This document shows, in pieces, positions 43,100 to 46,872 of a DNA stretch of 46,872 nucleotides. Below the pieces are notes generated by a model, which worked only from the letters and a program-made list of their open reading frames with translations, searched no databases and was not told where the DNA came from. The position numbers were made by a program, and so were the translations under genes. Positions within the stretch are counted from its first letter, which is position 1. Every line of letters begins with the position of its first letter. Source of the stretch: Planctomycetales bacterium (GTDB taxonomy: Bacteria; 4484-113); NCBI GenBank assembly GCA_037445915.1, contig JBBIJQ010000008.1, positions 1-46,872 on the forward strand, read 5' to 3'.

Positions 43100-43269
43100 C
43101 TAACCTCTAACTCCTAATCCCTAATACCTTCCAAGCCCGGCCTGGCCTCCCCAGCTGGAATCCATACTACTTTCTACATACTCCATACTACTTCTCTTTC
43201 AACTCCCAACTCTGGACTCTGAACTCTGGAATCTGGCCCTAATCCCTAGCCCCTCATCCCTAATCCCTC
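43100..43269 (-). repeat. phased array of (G/T)AG triplets with dominant 7-nt periodicity (pyrimidine-rich on the plus strand)
   Basis: The minus strand reads GAGggatTAGggatGAGgggcTAGggatTAGggccagattccaGAGttcaGAGtccaGAGttggGAGttgaaaGAGaagTAGtatgGAGtatgTAGaaagTAG. That is 14 triplets between 43269 and 43167, plus 5 more at 43123-43100. Confidence 0.8.
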
Positions 43270-43346
43270 TTTTACCCTTGCCCCTTTCCCCTCCTCCCCC
43301 TCGCCGTGATAGAATCCTCCGCCTGTAGCAGGCGGAAGGAAACGGT

Positions 43347-44111
43347 ATGCGGCGCATAATGCTGTGGCTCACAATCTTGTCGGTATCGCTCGCGGTTTTC
43401 GCGGGCGCAGCCTGGGCGCAGCCGCCCTCCGCCGAGCAGGTGAGCTTCACGACCTCCGACGGCGTGACCATCTCCGCAACGCTGCACCATCCCACGCCCG
43501 GCGCGCGCGTGCCCTGCGTAATCCTGCTGCACCAAAACAAGTCCGACCGCTCGTCGTGGGCGCAGCTCATCCCGCTGCTGCGGCGAAACAACTACGCCGC
43601 GCTTGCCCTTGACCTGCGCGGGCACGGCGCGAGCACCAATTTCGGCGGGCGCACGCGCACCTTCGCCGACTTCACCGACGCCGACTACGCCGCGATGATT
43701 AACGACGTGCGCGCAGCCGCCGATTACTTGCACAACCGCAAGGACATCAACGGCGGCCGCCTGGGCATCGTCGGCGCGAGCATAGGCGCGAACCTGGCGC
43801 TGCAATACGCGAGCGAAAACCGCAATGTGCGCACTGTGATAATGCTCTCGCCGGGGCTTGATTACCGAAGCCTGCAAGCCGTCCCCTACCTTGACGCATA
43901 TGACCGCCGCGCCCTGTTTATGATTGTCTCGCAGGGCGACGCGTATTCATACAACAGCAGTTTGGAGATAAAGAAGGAAGCGACCGTCGCCAGCCCTCTG
44001 AAGCTCAAGGTTTACGGCGGCAGCGTCCACGGCACAGGCCTGCTCGCCGCGCACAAGGGGCTGGACGCGATAATCATCGCCTGGCTGCTAAACCACCTCG
44101 TGAACAGCTAA
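43347..44111 (+). CDS. secreted alpha/beta-fold hydrolase
   Basis: Signal peptide MRRIMLWLTILSVSLAVFAGAAWA, nucleophile elbow GASIG and a HG-type oxyanion region (ILLHQ). An extended -10, TGaTAGAAT, is at 43307-43315. Confidence 0.75.
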   Translation: MRRIMLWLTILSVSLAVFAGAAWAQPPSAEQVSFTTSDGVTISATLHHPTPGARVPCVILLHQNKSDRSSWAQLIPLLRRNNYAALALDLRGHGASTNFGGRTRTFADFTDADYAAMINDVRAAADYLHNRKDINGGRLGIVGASIGANLALQYASENRNVRTVIMLSPGLDYRSLQAVPYLDAYDRRALFMIVSQGDAYSYNSSLEIKKEATVASPLKLKVYGGSVHGTGLLAAHKGLDAIIIAWLLNHLVNS

Positions 44112-44130
44112 AGGGGGAACTTAGCGGGGG

Positions 44131-46440
44131 ATGGGGGCGCTTCGGGAATTCTTCGGCAAGTATATCTACTTCACCATCTTCGCCGTTTACCTGCTTTCCA
44201 TCTACGCCGCGCGCGCGCTGCATACATCCGCGCTGCCGCCGGGCTTCGCGCTCGCCGCGCTGGCGGGCCTGCTCTTCGTTTTCGCGATGGTCGTCAGCGG
44301 CTTGGTGAAGAACACCCGCACGCGCATCATCGCCTACTTCGTGCTCGTCGCTTTGAGCGGCCTGATGTATGCGGGCTACTCCCAGCGCATGCTGTCGTCG
44401 TCGGTGCTGGACGCTTTTGCGGGCAAAGACGTGGATGTCGTGGGCAAGGTGTCGGGCTTCCCGCGCCTTAGTGAGAACGGCATGAGCCTGTTTTTGGATA
44501 TTTACAAGATAAAGTCGGCGGAACTGGCGCTGGAAGACAAGCGACCGCTTGGGCGCGTCTTCGTGTTTATTCGCGGCGGGCGCGATTTGCCCATCTCCTA
44601 CCTCTACACACTTGAGGCCGGCGGCCAACTCAGCATTGCGCGCGAGCCGCGCAACCGTGGCGACTTCTCAATGCAGGAATACCTGATGCCATTCGGTGTG
44701 CGGCATGAGCTGGTGATACCGACAGTGGCATTCGTAAACCGCGCCGAGCCTGGGGGCGAACTATCCAAGCGGCTGCTGCGCTTGAAGCGCAAGCTCGTGG
44801 AAAGCGCTGAAGCGATGCTGAAGCCCCCGGGGCGCGACATATTCCTCGGCTTAGTGATAGGCGACAGCGCAATATATTTCCCGCAGGAGCTCAAGGACAC
44901 TTTCCGCGTTGCCGGCCTGACGCACCTGCTCGTAGTCTCCGGCTCGCAGGTTTCGCTGCTCTTCCTGTTGGTGAGCCTGCTCTTCCTGCGCGTGGAGCAG
45001 CCGCTGTCGGTGTGGGGAAGGGCGCTTAACTTATTCAAGTATTCTGCAATCTTTGGCGTCATCCTCACCTACGCTGTCATCACCGGCTATGAGCCGAGCA
45101 TCCGCCGCGCGTTCGTAGTCATCATTCTCGTCCTGCTCGCGCACTATTTGTATTACGAAGCTGACAGCCTCAACGTGCTCGGCCAGGCTGGGCTCATCCT
45201 GCTGGCGATGCACCCATTGGAGGCGTATTCCGTCAGCTTCCAGCTTACATTCTCCGCGACCATCGGCCTCATCCTCGCGTTCAAGGCGTTTTACCCGCAC
45301 GTCGCGGGGATGCACTGGCTGCCGCGCTGGGCACTGGGGATTCTCATCGGCACCGGCGGCGCGCAACTGATGGTCTTCCCATTGCTGTTGCGCTACTTCA
45401 ACCAGTTCACGCCGATGGGGCTGGTGAGCAACCTCGTCGCAATCCCCATCGCCTCATGCACGCTCCTGCTTGGCGTGGCGTTTTATGCGCTGTGGTGGGT
45501 GCCGGTTCTGGGCGGCTTTATCGCGTGGGGTGTGCAGAACCTGTGCGACGGGATGCTGCTTTGGGCAAGGCTGGTGAGCAGCCTGCCCGGCGCGAGCATC
45601 TACCTCGTGCCGATAAGCTCGCTGACCGCGCTTGCGCTCATCGCGCTTGTGTTCACCGGCTTCGTCCTGATGGGCTGGGGCACGGCGCGCAGGGACAGAA
45701 TACTCTCGCTTGCCTTCGCCTGCGCGGCGCTGCTCGTCGTGACCTCCTCTGCGCGCACGTTCACAACGCAGCTTCCGCGCTACCGCGTGCTATACACATC
45801 CTCCGGCGCGGCGTCGGCATACATCGCGCCAGACCGCAGCGCGGTGATGTTCGTTTCGCTGCCGCCAAGCCTTGACAGGCAGAAGTCGCTCCTAACGACC
45901 GCATACTGGGCGCTGGTGCGCAATGGCGCGCGCGGAGTGCCCGTGCTGGCAATCGTCGTCGGCGAGCCTGTTAATGGCCTGTGGGAAAAGCTGCCGTTCA
46001 AGCCTGAGCTTGTGCTTCCTGCAAGTGGTGGCGAGCTTGCGCTGAGAAATGCGTCGTGCGAAATCCCGCGCCAGCTCTGCGGATACGCGACAGCAGACGG
46101 CGCGCTGGGGATGCTTGGCGTGTGGATGCATAAGAATGGCAACAAGACGCTGGCGCTGATTCCCGCGCTTGATGAATTAGGAGCGCGGCTGGATAACGTG
46201 CAACTTCCCGCGCCGCAGGGCGAACGGCGCATCCTCATAATCCCCGGGCGTGACGCCACAAGCGCGGTCAGCGGCTTGAAGGGCTGCATTGAGCGTAATG
46301 CGATTGATGCTGTCGTGATGCAGGGCAGGGGGGAAGTGCCGGAGGGCCTGCTGATGCTTGCCGATAAGGTGGAGTTTTACAGCCAGGCGGCAAAGCGCGA
46401 GCTGTGGTTCGCGGCAGACGGCGCGGTGAGAGAGTATTAG
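44131..46440 (+). CDS. comEC: ComEC/Rec2-family DNA internalisation channel protein
   Basis: Polytopic protein with the Competence-domain signature FRVAGLTHLLVVSGSQVSLL. The C-terminal region lacks the HxHxDH metallo-beta-lactamase motif. Confidence 0.85.
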   Translation: MGALREFFGKYIYFTIFAVYLLSIYAARALHTSALPPGFALAALAGLLFVFAMVVSGLVKNTRTRIIAYFVLVALSGLMYAGYSQRMLSSSVLDAFAGKDVDVVGKVSGFPRLSENGMSLFLDIYKIKSAELALEDKRPLGRVFVFIRGGRDLPISYLYTLEAGGQLSIAREPRNRGDFSMQEYLMPFGVRHELVIPTVAFVNRAEPGGELSKRLLRLKRKLVESAEAMLKPPGRDIFLGLVIGDSAIYFPQELKDTFRVAGLTHLLVVSGSQVSLLFLLVSLLFLRVEQPLSVWGRALNLFKYSAIFGVILTYAVITGYEPSIRRAFVVIILVLLAHYLYYEADSLNVLGQAGLILLAMHPLEAYSVSFQLTFSATIGLILAFKAFYPHVAGMHWLPRWALGILIGTGGAQLMVFPLLLRYFNQFTPMGLVSNLVAIPIASCTLLLGVAFYALWWVPVLGGFIAWGVQNLCDGMLLWARLVSSLPGASIYLVPISSLTALALIALVFTGFVLMGWGTARRDRILSLAFACAALLVVTSSARTFTTQLPRYRVLYTSSGAASAYIAPDRSAVMFVSLPPSLDRQKSLLTTAYWALVRNGARGVPVLAIVVGEPVNGLWEKLPFKPELVLPASGGELALRNASCEIPRQLCGYATADGALGMLGVWMHKNGNKTLALIPALDELGARLDNVQLPAPQGERRILIIPGRDATSAVSGLKGCIERNAIDAVVMQGRGEVPEGLLMLADKVEFYSQAAKRELWFAADGAVREY

Positions 46441-46452
46441 CCGAAAGTCCGC

Positions 46453-46743
46453 CTAGCTTTGCGGGGTTGCGTTCTGCGCGAACTTATCGTTGAAGTGCTT
46501 ATAGAGGCGGGAGATTTTGCGCGAAGAAGTCTGCTTCTTGATAACGCCCTTGGAGACGGTCTCGTTGATAATCTTCTGCGCGGCGGTCAGCGCGGATTTC
46601 GCCTCAGCGGCATCCGATGTCTCCTCAAGGACGGCCAGGTATTTCTTGATGACCGTGCGCATGGCGGTGCGGTAGTGGCGGTTGCGCTCCACATTGCGCT
46701 CGTTGATTAGTATCTGCTTCTTTGCGCTTTTGGTATTAGCCAT
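46453..46743 (-). CDS. rpsT: 30S ribosomal protein S20
   Basis: MANTKSAKKQILINERNVERNRHYRTAMRT is the S20 signature. 96 aa. Confidence 0.95.
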   Translation of the reverse strand: MANTKSAKKQILINERNVERNRHYRTAMRTVIKKYLAVLEETSDAAEAKSALTAAQKIINETVSKGVIKKQTSSRKISRLYKHFNDKFAQNATPQS

Positions 46744-46770
46744 AATATCCTCGGTGCGATAGGAACAAAC

Positions 46771-46800
46771 ATTCTATCCGCCCCGCCGCCCACCTGTCAA
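46771..46800 (-). promoter_or_regulatory. sigma-70 promoter TTGACA-18-TAGAAT of rpsT
   Basis: On the minus strand, TTGACA (46800-46795), an 18-nt spacer and TAGAAT (46776-46771). Confidence 0.6.
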
Positions 46801-46872
46801 TGCCCGAATAAGTCCAAGCTCTTCATCGCTAATAGTGGGAAGGGAAAAAAGAGGGGGGATATCCTAAGATAG

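Noticed and set aside
43100-43300. CRISPR array, or a telomere-like repeat, as an explanation for the periodic repeats
   Set aside because: The period is 7 nt, with no 25-40-nt repeats or unique spacers and no cas genes, so it is not CRISPR. The CCCTAA-like heptads are few and degenerate and lie inside a chromosomal intergenic region, so a telomeric role is not supported.
43199-43877. Minus-strand ORFs 43199..43591 and 43272..43877
   Set aside because: They run antisense to the alpha/beta hydrolase gene and into the low-complexity G-rich repeat. Translation of the repeat gives the GGGERGKGKRG-type artefact.

Overview
46.9-kb, roughly 60% GC, densely coding bacterial chromosomal segment with one tRNA, no rRNA and no CRISPR.

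Left third (1-21.8 kb), housekeeping and stress genes:
- A partial phosphohexomutase (missing from the ORF track), thioredoxin and an LMW protein-tyrosine phosphatase.
- A minus-strand dnaK-grpE-dnaJ-hspR-Hsp100 operon. Both grpE and the Hsp100 gene are interrupted by frameshifts that also leave no coding room for conserved residues.
- htrA, ftsH-folE, a self-contained pentaheme cytochrome c cassette, folP-acyP, purE, deoB and rfbB.
- An unmistakable TRAP (MtrB) homologue followed by hypA and tsaD.

Middle (21.9-42.1 kb, every gene on the minus strand), which I consider the most novel part: a ~20-kb redox island.
- It holds two paralogous NuoE/NuoF (HydC/HydB-type) flavin modules, each wired by gene fusion to GltD/NfnB-type NAD(P)H modules.
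- One module also has a GltB-like FMN subunit. The other has a 2Fe2S-GltD-NuoG-like triple fusion that lacks an FDH active site.
- No hydrogenase or formate-dehydrogenase catalytic centre is recognisable.
- Embedded regulators: a REC-RAM-RAM response regulator, a histidine kinase with an NtrC-like regulator whose GAFTGA loop is degenerate, a one-polypeptide HK-REC-LuxR hybrid, and a duplicated NarL-type regulator.

Right end (42.1-46.9 kb): tRNA-Arg(UCG), an IS200-like Y1 transposase (RAYT) bracketed by inverted REP elements whose family recurs at 2.4 kb, a strikingly phased heptad array of (G/U)AG triplets on the minus strand (TRAP-site-like, also G-quadruplex prone), a secreted alpha/beta hydrolase, comEC and rpsT.

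All calls come from reading the supplied translations and the nucleotide sequence by eye. No database search was run.
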